A stretch of 64,000 nt of DNA from Podospora anserina (taxonomy: Eukaryota). The DNA is taken from the NCBI GenBank assembly GCA_017654855.1, contig CM030332.1, forward strand, positions 7,626,001 to 7,690,000, read 5' to 3'. Positions within the stretch are counted from its first letter, which is position 1. Each line of letters begins with the position of its first letter. A program made the position numbers and the translations under genes. Under the pieces are notes generated by a model, which saw only the letters and a program-made list of their open reading frames with translations, was not told where the DNA came from and did not search any database. Below are positions 34,301 through 45,484 of the stretch, piece by piece.

Positions 34301-37213
34301 TCTGAGACAAGACTGGTGCAAGAGTGAGCTTCGGCGGAGGCATCTCTGGCTCTCGCACTGGCTCCGTGTGCTGTGTCAAAATGGCAGACAAGCTCAGCGA
34401 AGGGGGCGTTGGAAGAAGCTCGGGCTCAATGACAGGCGCAATGTCTTCCGACTGGATGCTTGAAAGGCTCAAAGTCTGCGGTGGGACGACAACGGGAGTG
34501 GGGAGCAGAGCACGCTGCCGAGGTGAGGTCGAAGGAGATGGGAATTGCGCAAGCCTGTCTTCCACATCCGAATCATGCTGGACGCTGACATCGCTGTACG
34601 ACATGACCGATGCCGGCCGGCCCTGGTTGAGTTCGCTTCCCAGCCATTGACTGGACTTTCTGGGGCCGATGACAGATTCCACAGACGTGTGAGGTCCGAT
34701 GACAGACTGCATGGACCTCTTAGGTCTAACAACAGACTCCATAGATCTCTTGGGCCCAATGACAGACTCCATAGATCTCTGACGGGTAATCACAGACTCC
34801 ATCGTTCTTGGACGACTCCGTTCGATGTGAATGACACTTGGTGGAGCCGAGATTGAGCCCTCCCCATCACTGAGCACGCCAGACTCAACAAGGTCACGAA
34901 CGTCCACTGGCTCTGTCATCATCCCACTGTCGACCATGGTCACCCTCTTGATCGGCATCCTCGGGACATCGGGAGCTGGCGAGAGATGGCCTCTAATCAC
35001 GCTGGCGGGTGTGGCAGGCGTCATGGAACGGAGACTGCGGGCGGGGGTACCACCGTATGAATCTTCATCGCTGTTATCCATGTTGTTCAACTCGGCAAAC
35101 AGGCTCTGCTGAGGCGTTGCCGTGATGCTACCGCGATGAACGGGGGCGCCGAGAGGGCTGCTCTGTGCGGTAGACGGATCTTCACTAAGCTGCCGTTGAC
35201 GTTGGCTCATGGATCCACGGTTCATGCGCGCCCGCATCCGCTGGGCAGGGTTCGCAGATGGTGATCTCACGTCCACGTAGCCATACTCCTCGTCGCTCGA
35301 AGTTGACGCCGTGCTGTCGAACGAGTACGAGTCTTGGCTTGCGGGTAAAGGAGGAGGACGCCTTATCGACTCTGCACCCCGAGCTGGCCTCGGCCCGGAT
35401 TCTGTCTCGGTTGCCGTGTCCTCGGATTCGTCCGTGGTGATGTTCTCAAGACCAGTCTCAAAGTCTTCCGTTTCGGTCGTCTCAGTGCCCCTTTCGTGGG
35501 CAGTCTCGAAAGCCTCGCTGGCCTCAGTCGCGGTGTCGAAGCCACCCTCGTGAGCCGTCTCGAAGTGATCGCTGCTCGATTCCTGGATGGTACCGATATT
35601 GAGGTTGGGTATCCGAGAGCTTGAGCCACGGAACGGATTCGTCCGAGGAGAGGGCGCTTCGGAAACATCATCCCAGTCAGGGTCTTCCACCACTTCGATT
35701 CTGCTCGGTCGGTGGCCACCCAACTGCGTGACCTTGAAGTTCGGCTTCTTGGCCTCCCTGGCATCAAGCTTGCGGTTCTTCTTGGGCGCCGGGTGAGGAT
35801 CGCTTCTCAGCTTCTCGACCTCATCGCGGGCATCCTGGAGCATGCGCTTCAGCTCCAGCTTTTCGGTTTTCTCGCGATGGATGTTGGTCCTGAGAGTCTG
35901 GATGGTACGTTGAGCATGGCCGAGAGAAGTCTTGAGAGTTTCGGTCTCGAGTCCGGAGTGGCGAGGTGTCATTTTCAGAGGCGAAGGAGGCGGTGACTGC
36001 TCGGGGCCGGTGTTTCTGTCGCTACCGGAGTTGCGATCCTCATCACTCACACCACGAGTGGATTCCCGCTCCAGCATCCTGCCCCGCTGGGCTGAGAACG
36101 CCTTGGCTAGCTCCTGATTCTGGCTTGTGAGTTCGTCGACCCTCTTCTGAAGCGTCAAGCGTTCCGATTCGAAGGATACCGCACTGCGCCGGCTGGTGCC
36201 AAGCTCGATCTCGAGATTTCTGATAGCTGCCGAGTGCTTCTCCTCCTGCTTGGCCAGGCTATCCTTGACCTCCTCCAGCTCTCGCTGGGTGGCGTTCTTT
36301 TCGGATTGCAAAGCAGCCAAAGCCTGCGTGAGCTTCTTCTCGCGCTCCGCAGCCTCCTTCTGCGATGCCATGAGCTCGTGGATTTGCGTCTCGAGGTTCC
36401 AGTTCTCATCCTTGTATCGGGACTCGCTCTCGTCCAGGCTTTTGATGTGTTGTTGGAAGCCTTCGGCCTCGAGTTCAAGTCTCGCCCTGTCCGCCTTGCT
36501 CTCCTTGAGCTCCTCTTCTCTCTCCGACAGAAGGGCTTGAAGATTTCGAACTTGTGCAATCAACGAGGTACTGATTTCGGCAGCGAATTCGATATCGTGG
36601 ATCCGACTGGCAGGCTGATTGCGCAACTTTCGATTGGGGACACTGAACTTGGTGGGAGATGGCGTCGCCAACGTTTCGAACTTGGAGGGACTCACAGAAC
36701 GCTAGAAACAAGAATCAGTCCCGTGCTCGAGAGACGAGAACATCTGGCACAACATACCCTCCCAGCCTTGCCCTCGGCGGCATAAGGCGACCCTTGAGAC
36801 TCACTGCTGGGAACCCTCTGCTTTGGAAGCAAAGCGCGCGCACTGTCCCTCGCCACCTCACTGTAATCCTTCTCGATATCCAGGAGTCTTTGGCGCAGGT
36901 CGGGATCAAGTTCGGCTTCCGATTGCAAGCGCTCCACCTCCCGAAGCTTTTCCGTGAGCTCCTTCTGCTGTTGTACAAGTGCGGTACCCAGCTTTCCAGC
37001 TTCCTCCATTCGCCGTTCGGTATCCCGCAGATGGGCCTGAATGGCGCGTTTTGTTTGCTCGGCCGAAGCGCCGGGAGCAAGGGCGAGGAGGTGGCCATCG
37101 AAGTTGGAATGCCGAAGATGTGTCGGGCCGGACGGACTTATGACGAAAGGGTCAGCAACTTCTCCGGGACCCAAAGCCTCGACGGGCTTGTCAGATGCAA
37201 CCGAAGTCGCCAT
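31331..37213 (-). CDS. ami1: Cortical dynein anchor / nuclear migration protein (ApsA/Num1 orthologue), ~1920 aa. Exons 37213..36758, 36701..31523, 31458..31331
   Basis: N-terminal coiled coil (HDIEFAAEISTSLIAQVRNLQALL); C-terminal PH domain (MIQAITQTMIGEYLWKYTRK..HRRYFWVHPYTRTLYWS); ENVRACCDG|KHDVGTL. ami1 is known to be mat-linked in Podospora. Confidence 0.93.
34661..34810 (-). repeat. Coding minisatellite in ami1: 30-bp unit x5 encoding RSMESVIGPK-like decapeptides
   Basis: Units start at 34661, 34691, 34721, 34751 and 34781 and share the core ACAGACTCCATAGATCTCT. Confidence 0.9.
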
Positions 37214-39444
37214 GATGCCCGAGAACGCCCTCGGAGAGGCAGGCCCCAAAGATTCGGGGCTTTGCCTGCTCGCAGCACCGCCAAGCTGTGTACGGCAGTG
37301 GTTTGTTTTGTTGGGATGGACGAAGCAACGTCACCTATTCCTCCCTCGCTTTGTTGGACATCAATCGGATCTCGATCGGTGGCGCGTGGTGGCCAGACCC
37401 AGCTGCCGTACTAAAACGTTAAAAGAAGAGCTTTTTTTATTTTTATTTTTTTTAAAAAAAAATAATAAAAAAAACAAGGTTCGGCAGCGGGTCGTGTTGA
37501 AGTGGTGTGAAATAATAGAAGCCCCGGATTCCGTAGGTCGAATTGGGCAAAGAAGACAAGTTAGAGACAATTAGTAAGGAAGTAGTGGCAGTAGTAGCTG
37601 AAATGGCGTATCGCAAACGAAGGAGAACCAGAAACCGAGAGACGGCGAAAAAGAGGGAAAGGAACACGTCGGTAGGATTGGTGGGTGGTGATGGTGGTGC
37701 AGTGGCGTGCCGTGAGGTGTTTTGTTTCTGAGTATGTTCGAGTGTGTGGGCGGATTTACGCGACACGAGGCAGACAGTCAGACAGATAGATGGGTATGTA
37801 GCGCACACCCCCAAGGGAGGATTGTGTACAATAGTAAGTCCTAGGTCGGCCTGAGCTCTGTTGACGTTGAGGGGTCAATTGATCGGAACGCGCGCGCACA
37901 CCGAGGCTTAGCAAATCAAACAACAAGAACAACCAAAAATCCAGCAGCTGCAGCAAAACAGGCCAACGTCGCGCAACACAATCAGGATTGGCGACGGTCG
38001 TCTGCAGAGTGGAGGATGGGCGAATTAGGAAAAAGGTAATAGCAAAAATAAAATAAAAAATAAAAAACATAAAAAGGTCGGATTGACGGCGACGACAGCA
38101 GTGGGGGCGATAGAGGGAGAGACTGGGTGAATCCAGCAGCGAGGGAGACAGGAATCTGCTGGATGTCTTCGATGCATTGGCGTGATGGACGAACAATCCA
38201 GAACAGTGGGAGCGGAGCAGATCGCCCAGATGTCTGGTGGTGTTCTTGCCTCAGGCATCTGTGCTCTGTGGCATTGCGGGCGCTTGGCACACTTGCATTG
38301 ATCTCTCCACCTGTGGAAGCAGGGCCAAGACGCCAGCAAGCGTCATCTCCCGCTTCTTTTCCAGCCTGCAGCGTCCGAGATAAAATGTCATCTCGTCTCT
38401 TGTTTTTTGGGAGTCATTGGTGTCTCAGTGCTCATTGACGTGGGTGGCCTCAGCTCCAGCACCGCCCATCAAACAATTAGCTTGGTGTCAAAGGACAGCT
38501 AACACACAGAGAAGGTCCGGCTGGGACCAGAGGCCACCTCAACAATAGGTATCCTAATCCAGAGGGCAGTGAAGATTTGTGAAGCCATTCACGATGTCTA
38601 TCTGACCGTGATTGCTATTTATATAGAGATGCGCTCTCCCAGTCACCAATCGCCGTGAAGATGTTCACGATCCGAGATCCGATTCGTTCAAAGCGACAAT
38701 CATATCCAGTCTAACCAGTTCCCACCCCCGGAGATGGACCGGGGGGCATAATTGAAAGCTTTTGATTCAATTTATTTTAACTGGAGTCACCTGTCAGTCG
38801 GTACCACACAAGTTCCCCAATGCTACCAACTCATCACTCGCTATCTTGTAGGGGAGCTCACTGCGGTATTCCGGAGCTTGGGCTGGTGATTTCTCCTCAT
38901 TGTGTGCACGTGATGGCTTCCTCCAGAAAGCCAAACACGGCAACGCGCCAGGCACAAGATGCAAGGCACATGGCACCAAACGGGGGGCTGACTCGCCGGC
39001 TTGGTTTCAGCGCAACGGTGTTCCCTGCCCCGCACAAGCTTCCAATTGTGCTTTGCCCCTCCTTGGGAAATTCTGGAAAGGAATGAACAGCTCCACCGAA
39101 AACCTGTTGTGGAGCCCTTATGGTTAGGTAATGTGCACAAATCAAAAGGGGCGTGAAGCCATTCCTCACGATGCACGCGAACGCGTAAAGAGGGTCCACT
39201 GACAACTGTACAATGCATGTGTAGGGGGCATTGTCCAGTATCAAGGAAGAAAGGGGGGTGATGATATCACGAGTGACCAATAAGTAAACAAAGTTATTCA
39301 GGAGAAACATCTGGGGCACAGGAGATGCAGCATATAATAAGACCTCATATATTGCGTCTCACGTGACCGTCATGTGAACCTCCTGACCCCCATTTATGAG
39401 CCATGGAACTCGATGCCGATGCCACCAACCCCATCTAAAGCTAT

Positions 39445-39500
39445 CTATCCTACCCGTCCTATCCTACCCGTCCTATCCTGCCCGTCCTATCCTACCCGTC
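39445..39500 (+). repeat. 14-bp minisatellite (CTATCCTACCCGTC) x4 downstream of REV3
   Basis: Read directly; one copy has one mismatch. Confidence 0.92.
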
Positions 39501-39605
39501 ATACCATGCATTCATTCATATTCACCCAATGCAAACCGTTTGATGGTTTTGGAATCAAACGCTTACCGCCCATCCTGATGACCAATGCTGTCTGTGAACC
39601 TAAGA

Positions 39606-42600
39606 TCACCAATCCAACCCCGTAGAGCCCTTAGCAACCTTCTCCCCTAGCCCCCTGATGACTCCCTCCAGCACCACTCCCTCCCCTTGCACCTTTGCCC
39701 GCTGCCTCACCCTGCTATAGAACACCGGGCAGTCCTTGCTGTCACACTTCACCTCCTGGTCCCCTCCATCCCACGACCCCAGCCCGACACAGCTCTGGCA
39801 AATCTTCACCAAGTCATTGTACCCCTTCCTCTGACTGTTCAACCTCCCCTGTAACACCACCATGGTCCCCAGCTCATCCTCCTTGCACCTCTCGCAAAGT
39901 GGCATCTTCTCCTCCTCATCCACCTCCTCTGCAAAAGCAGGGGCTGGCGGTGCCGGTGCCATCTTCACCCCACAAGCCAAGCAGGTCCTCGAAGCAAGAA
40001 AGTGCTCCAATGTCTTCTTCGCCTTGGCACCAACATTCTCCCCGTCCGATACCGCACGCTGTTGCTGCCCCTTCTTCACCATCTGCACCTTCGGAACCTC
40101 CTCATACCAAGCCCTCACATTTGCGCCCACCAAGTTGAATATCCTCTCCAGCGGCGGTATTAAATTCTTGCCAATATAATACTCCGCATCCAGCTCCAGC
40201 CCCTCCGTCACCCCCCTCTCCAACAGCTCCTCCGGCGCAACGCACCGATCAATCAACCTCGCGCCGGGAGCCCCGGTGACAACCACGTACGGCACCCTTT
40301 CCCCGTACTGCGGCTCAGCCCTCGCATCCTCCGACATTTTCTTGCCCGCTATCAACGCACCCGCCGGCCCGGGTCCCTTGGCGCTATAGCTCCCCAGTTT
40401 CACCTCCCTCGCGAAGCAAAAGTCCTGCACCGAGACGCTCCCCTTCATGATCTTTGAGCACTGGGTCTGGAAGTACGCCTTCACTTTGCTCAAATCCGCC
40501 GTCTCGAACAGGATCCGCAAGGCCTTCTCCTCGATCATCTGCTCGGCCGGCGTCCCGTCCCTCCGCACCGTCTCGATCCCCTTGGCGTCAAACTCTGGCA
40601 CTTCCTGGCCCGGATGCTCATATTTGTACCCTACGTACCTCTTCTTCGCGAGTAAAACGCACGGCTGGTACACCTTTTCAAACTTGAGCTTCACCGGCCT
40701 CGGGTTCATGTCCGTGATCTCCTCCGCCATCTCCCGCCCAAGGGCAAAGGCCTGCTCCCGAGTCCGGCCGGGGAGGTGGACAAACAGCGAGTCTGTATCC
40801 CCGTACACCACCTCTGCCTTCCACCTGTCCACGCTGTGGATGTACGCTATCGCTCTTTCCAACGTTTCCCTGCCGGTCTGGACAATACTGTCCGCTATCT
40901 CCGAACACGGCATCCGCCCGGAAAACGACGCAGAGGTGTACCCATACGTGACGTTAGCAAGCAGCTTGAGCGCAAGCTGCCTGTTGTTCAGCAGCTGCTG
41001 GAGCGTCTTGTCGTCTTTGTCTTGCTTCATCCCCGACTTGACCATGACTCTCGTCTCGAGGATTTCCGTCAGCATCTTGGCCAGCAAAGACTTGCGAATG
41101 GTGGGCTTGGTGTACATCAGCCCGTTGGGAGCGATGTTGATGTGCGGCTCGAGGAGCTTGAGCAACCCCTCCCGGCGTTTGTACTCGGTGAACCCCATCT
41201 TGTTGGTGCCGCGCCAGTTGACGATGCGGCCGAGGCAGGTGGAGTAGCAGTAGTTGTACGCGATCATGACGCTGGGGTAGAGGGATTGAAAGTCCAGCAC
41301 CAACACGGGGCTGGTGTAAAAGCTGCTCAGGGGCTCCATGACCAAGGGTAGGCATTCGAGCGCGTTTTGCGCGCCGACTTGCTTTCTGCTCGGGGAAACA
41401 AGCAGGAAGTTCTCTGGCTTGGCGATGCGGAACATGATGGACTCGACCTTGAACTGAGAGCCGCGGGAGAAGACAGAGAAGAAATCCACTCCCAACAGCC
41501 TGGCCTGCTCGCTCGTTCGGGGGATCAGCTCGTTGGCCTCGAGGATCTCGATATTCATCCTTGTCCTCTTGAGATGATACCGCAGCACCTTGGCCAGATC
41601 CCTCGGCCGCCCGCTTTTGTACCACTCCGTCAGGTCCTTCCACGAGAAATGCGGCATCCTCCGGTGCAGCAAGTGCCAGACCACGTTCTCCATGGTGTAC
41701 TGCAGCAGGTTCAGCTCTCCCCGCATGGCCCTCCAAACATTGATCACGTGCCTCCCGGTAACGTGAATCGTAGACGTCGTGTTGAACCCCCAGCGATCAG
41801 CCTCCCTCCCTGACTTTCCAAACGAAGGTGACGAAGACTTCATCCGCGAGAACTCGTTGCAGAGATCATACCCGTACTGCCTGCCCGCCCTCTCCACCAC
41901 GTACCCCCACGAGCCACCATGGACTTCATACCCGGTCAAGATGTCAGGATCGTGCATCCTCACAATCTCCACAATCTTGTTCATGAGCTCGAGCTCGCTT
42001 TCTTCCGCCACCACGTCAACCTTGCTAGGCATTTGCTTGCGGATCTGTTCCGCCAGGAGACCGTCTTCCGACAAGACAATGATCCCGCTCAGTGTGCCGT
42101 TCTCGGCTTGACTTCCTCCAAAGAGGACCTGCTCGTCAGATCGCATGCACCAAAAGAGGCACTGAATCTCGTCCTCTTCTGGGTTCGGCACCAGCTTCCC
42201 GCGGGTGTTGACGTGGATCTCTAGACTCATGGTGCTCATGTATTGAGCCTCATGCTGGACACTGGTTGATTTGGCCTTCTGGGAGTATCTGAACCCATGT
42301 TTGTTTTTCGGTGTCGCGCCGATGATCTGCGACATGAGATTCGGGTTTGCCCTCTGTGTGCCGGTCAAAGGAGAGTGTTTATCCCCCGGCTTTTTGGAAG
42401 ACGTAGACCTCTTCTTTTGCTTGCCATCCCACCACTGGCTGACCTCTTGGAAGGCAGGCGGTGGCGTGGCGATTTCCCAGGTTCGTAAAGTGCATGCCAT
42501 CCGCTGTTCTTTGTATGACAGCTCCAGTGCCGCCAAATCAGGACCCTGCTCCGGTTTGATGCCATATGTTGCTGGTGACTCGCCTTTGGGATCAAAGTCG

Positions 42601-44861
42601 GGAAGGTAAGGAAGGGTGTCGCTTCCCAAACGGTACTCTTTGCCTGCGTACTCTCGTGGCCGCCGAGGGACATCTTCGTCTTGACTGTAGAAAGCGTCTC
42701 GGTAGATAACGTCTGGTAGTCCGTAGGTCTGCATGGTGGACAACACCTCTTGGGCTGTTGGCGGTTGGCTGTGGAGAACAAACATGGTTGTTGGACCATC
42801 CCAACGGTACTTTGGCTTTCCAGACAGTCTCACTGCCTTTGGGGTGACCGGAGAGTCTTCTGAGCTTGTGATGGCTGGACTCTTATCCTGCTCTGACTGA
42901 GGTCCCCTGGTGGACATGGAAAAGTCAAAGGTTACATGCTTCTTCGGTGTCTCATTGTCGCTTTGCTGTGAGCCATGTTGCTGACTGAGTCTCAGCTGAG
43001 TATGTGGGTTCTGAGGATCCTTTACCACAGGAAAGCTCAGAGCCGGGTGCTTGCCTTGCTTCTGCGGGTTTCCCTTTATAGCAGGCTTTGGCTGTGAGGA
43101 TTGAGCCTGTCCTGTCACAGGTGGCTTGTCGCTGGCTTCTGTGACCGAGAATGGCTTAGCACCAAGACCAGTTTCCTCAAGGACGCCCGCATCGCTTTCC
43201 GATTGTCTGAGCCTTGGCCTCTTTGGTGGACGGCTGTCTGGCTGTGTCGATGAAGGACGTTTTTTATCTTCTCTCGGTGCTCCAGGAGGCAACCCATCCT
43301 CCATCAATACTAACCCCAGCCTTTGAGCCTCACTGAAGATGCCCCTGGGTATCGGGATGTTGGGCCGCCTGCCAATACGCTTGCCGCTGACAGCGGTACC
43401 ACCACCGATTTCGTTGACTGTGCGTTGCAGGTTTGCGATCTCTTCGGTTTCTTTCAAGTCTGGTGCTATTTGGGCCTTGGAACCAGCGCAGACAGTTGAA
43501 TCAGCTGGCTCCGTCGCCTGGTCTCCTTTCTTGGCCTTGTTCTCTTCCGAGTCCTCCGGAAAGAGCTGCCGTGCCTCTTCACCCATTTCGAGTTCCAGAA
43601 TCTTTTCCTCGTCGATTTCAATGTTCCTCACAACGTCCGGATTCTCCTGTATCAATCTCTCTTCAAGACCCAAGGCACGAAGCAGGTTCTCCGGAAACAT
43701 ATCCTCGACGGACTGTAGAGTTGTCGGAATGGTGTCCTCCAAAGGGAGCGGCTGGACATAGTTGGAGAATGTGAGCTCTCTGTAGTCCTCATCGTCGACC
43801 TCAGCTTCAATGAGTTGCTGAAGCTGCTTGCGATACTCTGCCTCCTGGATCCAACCAGGTGGTGAAGTATGGCGTGGGTTGGCTGACATAGAGACCAGGA
43901 CCTCAGGGGGAAACGGACTGCTGCCGTCACTCGAATCTCCTGATAGCTTTTTCCTCCGCTTCGTCTCATCCTTCCACAGCCCAGCCATGCTGTGAACAAG
44001 CTTGATGTCGGCCGGTAAGGGGTGTTCTCGCTCGATGAAATCATGGTGAAGCGGCCGTTCTTTCACTTCCCGGCGATTGAGAATATCTTGCACGCATATG
44101 TCCACTTCGATCTCGCAATGGCTTGAACGAGGCAGCTCAAAGTCGTCTGTGATGAACTGCGGTGGGATCGTGTTGCTGTCCCATATTCGCGGAGCATCTT
44201 CCGGGCCGGCAGGGCCCGGAATGGGAGACCGAAACCGTACGTTGCCGACCTCGATGTAGTCGCAGCCGTACAGATTGTAGTCGGTCATAAACTGGAGGAG
44301 GAACTGAAGATGAGCTTCATAAGGCTGGAACTTGCGGTTCATGATCGACCCCTGCTGGAGCAGGTCGGCCAGCCTGGTCATGACCAGGGGGTTGAGCATG
44401 TAGAGCTTGAGGTAGAATCGGTACCCCACATGGAAGCCGTAAAATGGAACTCCTTTGACAAGCGTGATTCGAGCAACGAAACGCGACCGGTCCCGATCTC
44501 GATCTCTTCTATAGCTGACAGCCAGAGCTTGATCAATGGACGCATGGAGCTTGAGGATGAATTCAGACACTACAGCTGTGTCAGATGGGCCATCTTGAGC
44601 ATTTAATGAATGGCAGGCAGCCTTACCCAGCTTCTTCTCTAATGGCCCACGGTACTCAACGTACAGATAAGGGAACGCGCCGTGAATGTGAGCGCAGACC
44701 TTCTGCCCTGTCTCAGTCGACCCGAAAACGCGAACGACGGGAAGCTTGGGTTCCTTCGCCGCCTGAGAGGCGCGATAGTCCTTCCGTAATTGGGGATCAT
44801 ATCGCGTGGGCGTGGCTTGGTAATGATCGATACAGTTGAGGCGGACGCGGAACGACTCCAT
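39606..44861 (-). CDS. REV3: DNA polymerase zeta catalytic subunit, ~1732 aa. Exons 44861..44627 and 44569..39606
   Basis: CAHIHGAFPYLY; PYEAHLQFLLQFMTDYNLYGC; B-family motifs VLDFQSLYPS, KLLANVTYGY and YGDTDS; C-terminal Cys clusters. An in-frame 57-nt intron 44626..44570 (GTAAGG..CTGAC..TAG) is likely. Confidence 0.96.
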   Translation of the reverse strand: MESFRVRLNCIDHYQATPTRYDPQLRKDYRASQAAKEPKLPVVRVFGSTETGQKVCAHIHGAFPYLYVEYRGPLEKKLGKAACHSLNAQDGPSDTAVVSEFILKLHASIDQALAVSYRRDRDRDRSRFVARITLVKGVPFYGFHVGYRFYLKLYMLNPLVMTRLADLLQQGSIMNRKFQPYEAHLQFLLQFMTDYNLYGCDYIEVGNVRFRSPIPGPAGPEDAPRIWDSNTIPPQFITDDFELPRSSHCEIEVDICVQDILNRREVKERPLHHDFIEREHPLPADIKLVHSMAGLWKDETKRRKKLSGDSSDGSSPFPPEVLVSMSANPRHTSPPGWIQEAEYRKQLQQLIEAEVDDEDYRELTFSNYVQPLPLEDTIPTTLQSVEDMFPENLLRALGLEERLIQENPDVVRNIEIDEEKILELEMGEEARQLFPEDSEENKAKKGDQATEPADSTVCAGSKAQIAPDLKETEEIANLQRTVNEIGGGTAVSGKRIGRRPNIPIPRGIFSEAQRLGLVLMEDGLPPGAPREDKKRPSSTQPDSRPPKRPRLRQSESDAGVLEETGLGAKPFSVTEASDKPPVTGQAQSSQPKPAIKGNPQKQGKHPALSFPVVKDPQNPHTQLRLSQQHGSQQSDNETPKKHVTFDFSMSTRGPQSEQDKSPAITSSEDSPVTPKAVRLSGKPKYRWDGPTTMFVLHSQPPTAQEVLSTMQTYGLPDVIYRDAFYSQDEDVPRRPREYAGKEYRLGSDTLPYLPDFDPKGESPATYGIKPEQGPDLAALELSYKEQRMACTLRTWEIATPPPAFQEVSQWWDGKQKKRSTSSKKPGDKHSPLTGTQRANPNLMSQIIGATPKNKHGFRYSQKAKSTSVQHEAQYMSTMSLEIHVNTRGKLVPNPEEDEIQCLFWCMRSDEQVLFGGSQAENGTLSGIIVLSEDGLLAEQIRKQMPSKVDVVAEESELELMNKIVEIVRMHDPDILTGYEVHGGSWGYVVERAGRQYGYDLCNEFSRMKSSSPSFGKSGREADRWGFNTTSTIHVTGRHVINVWRAMRGELNLLQYTMENVVWHLLHRRMPHFSWKDLTEWYKSGRPRDLAKVLRYHLKRTRMNIEILEANELIPRTSEQARLLGVDFFSVFSRGSQFKVESIMFRIAKPENFLLVSPSRKQVGAQNALECLPLVMEPLSSFYTSPVLVLDFQSLYPSVMIAYNYCYSTCLGRIVNWRGTNKMGFTEYKRREGLLKLLEPHINIAPNGLMYTKPTIRKSLLAKMLTEILETRVMVKSGMKQDKDDKTLQQLLNNRQLALKLLANVTYGYTSASFSGRMPCSEIADSIVQTGRETLERAIAYIHSVDRWKAEVVYGDTDSLFVHLPGRTREQAFALGREMAEEITDMNPRPVKLKFEKVYQPCVLLAKKRYVGYKYEHPGQEVPEFDAKGIETVRRDGTPAEQMIEEKALRILFETADLSKVKAYFQTQCSKIMKGSVSVQDFCFAREVKLGSYSAKGPGPAGALIAGKKMSEDARAEPQYGERVPYVVVTGAPGARLIDRCVAPEELLERGVTEGLELDAEYYIGKNLIPPLERIFNLVGANVRAWYEEVPKVQMVKKGQQQRAVSDGENVGAKAKKTLEHFLASRTCLACGVKMAPAPPAPAFAEEVDEEEKMPLCERCKEDELGTMVVLQGRLNSQRKGYNDLVKICQSCVGLGSWDGGDQEVKCDSKDCPVFYSRVRQRAKVQGEGVVLEGVIRGLGEKVAKGSTGLDW

Positions 44862-45484
44862 CTTCTCGCCGCTCGCTTCCACTTGTGAGGCCGCTGAGGT
44901 GGGCAGTGAATGCTCTGGGAAGCGCACAAGTCAAAATACCCAGGTAAGAATGGATCAAGAAGCATTTTTTGGCAAGGGCTCACGCCGATGGGGCCATGGG
45001 GGAAACTCGGGATGTCGATTCTTCCAGAGCTCGGATGCACCCACGGGCAGCATTTCGTTCATGTTTCTTTTACCCGCCGAAGAGGCACAACACGCGTTTC
45101 AACGCAGGTGTCGCGCCGCTGAGTGGAACGTCAGGTTCGCCAAAACACGTGGGGACTCCAGTGGCGGACAAAGGCTAAGTGAAAGGGTTAGGGTTGCTCG
45201 CGAGCTTCACTTCTTGCCCCCGGACCACGCAAGTTGGAATATTTCATGGGCAAGAAAGCTCAACGGCCGGCCATATGTCGAAGTTTTGAGTGAGTTGACG
45301 AACAGGTGATCTACTGAACAGTTTAGAAGATCCCCATCGATTTATACAGCCCGAGCTCCCCTGCCCAGGCTCGGGTCTTGGCATCGAAGCTTGGCCTCGT
45401 CGCATTTGATATTCGCAGTCTTCACGGCGGTCCTCAGCTCTCCCAAAATTTCCATCCCTCAACATCATACACCCTCACGTCAAA

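Noticed and set aside
44862..44927. GTG-initiated extension of REV3
   Set aside because: The conserved Rev3 N-terminus begins at MESFRVRLNCIDHYQ (44861).
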